DNA of 64,000 bases, from NCBI GenBank assembly GCA_951406725.2, contig OX597831.1, forward strand, positions 44,578,001 through 44,642,000, in the 5' to 3' direction. Made by a program: the position numbers and the translations under genes. Under the pieces are notes generated by a model, which was given only the letters and a program-made list of their open reading frames with translations, ran no database searches and was not told the DNA's origin. Numbering within the stretch: position 1 is the stretch's first letter; every line of letters begins with the position of its first letter. The stretch comes from Octopus vulgaris. Lineage: Eukaryota. Positions 63,396 to 64,000 of this stretch are shown here, one piece after another.

Positions 63396-64000
63396 TAATT
63401 TGGAAAACTAAATATGAAAGAAGAAAAAGTTTCAAAGCTCTTTAAAAAAACAACATAAAAAATAATTGGCTTTATTCAATTTGTTACATTAAAAATAAAA
63501 TTGAAATTTTCAAGTTAGAAGCAGTACTATAATGTAAACATTATCAATGTCACATAAGGTATGTGTGTTGTTAAATACTTTCTGACTGCAGTATTTCATC
63601 CAGGGGTAAGTCCCTTTAGTATTTAAACAGGTCATACCTAGCCAAAATATCCCAGCTGTTTTATATTCAAACTAGCCAGATCTGGCCCCTCCCCCTCCAA
63701 CCCTACAATATCATTCTCGAAATTAGCAGTTACCTCATCAAAATCTCAAAGCTACAAGATGATGCATGATTTAATTTAACCCTTTAGTGTTCAGATTATT
63801 TTATCAAATATAATGCTTATTGATTCCCATTGATTTGAATTAATCATGCATTATCTCATATCTTCAAGATCTTGATGGTGTAATTACTTAATATAGAATA
63901 ACATTGTAGGGTAGGTGTGAGGGCCTGGATCTGGTCAGTTTGAACATAAAACAGATTAAATATTTTGGCCGGATATGGCCGGTTTAAATACTAAAGGGTT

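Overview
Eukaryotic, AT-rich and very repeat-dense DNA. The SINE families and long (TA)n/(CA)n runs point to an octopus (coleoid cephalopod) genome; this is inferred, not searched. Two convergent host genes are visible, neither captured as a gene by the ORF track. (1) On the + strand, the 3' part of a PSTPIP-family F-BAR gene: 8 coding exons between 1614 and 31965, apparently ending without an SH3 domain. (2) On the - strand, the last coding exon (62279-62314, SGTCPVCRHVL*) of a Praja-like RING-H2 E3 ligase. Between them lies a 3.8-kb CR1-clade LINE with a polyQ-rich ORF1, a G_GGA_AAC slippery site at the ORF1/ORF2 junction and an AUG-less ORF2 start. The rest is tRNA-derived SINEs, mariner/piggyBac/hAT/Merlin-like MITEs and microsatellites. 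The most unusual signal is a set of short non-coding elements inserted in (TA)n runs. Several fold into long hairpins and several carry minimal hammerhead-ribozyme motifs. One (59428-60201) has a complete hammerhead on each strand within a ~190-bp-arm rod. Almost all other track ORFs are microsatellite or SINE artefacts. Repeat coordinates are read by eye and approximate; exon and ribozyme coordinates were counted base by base.
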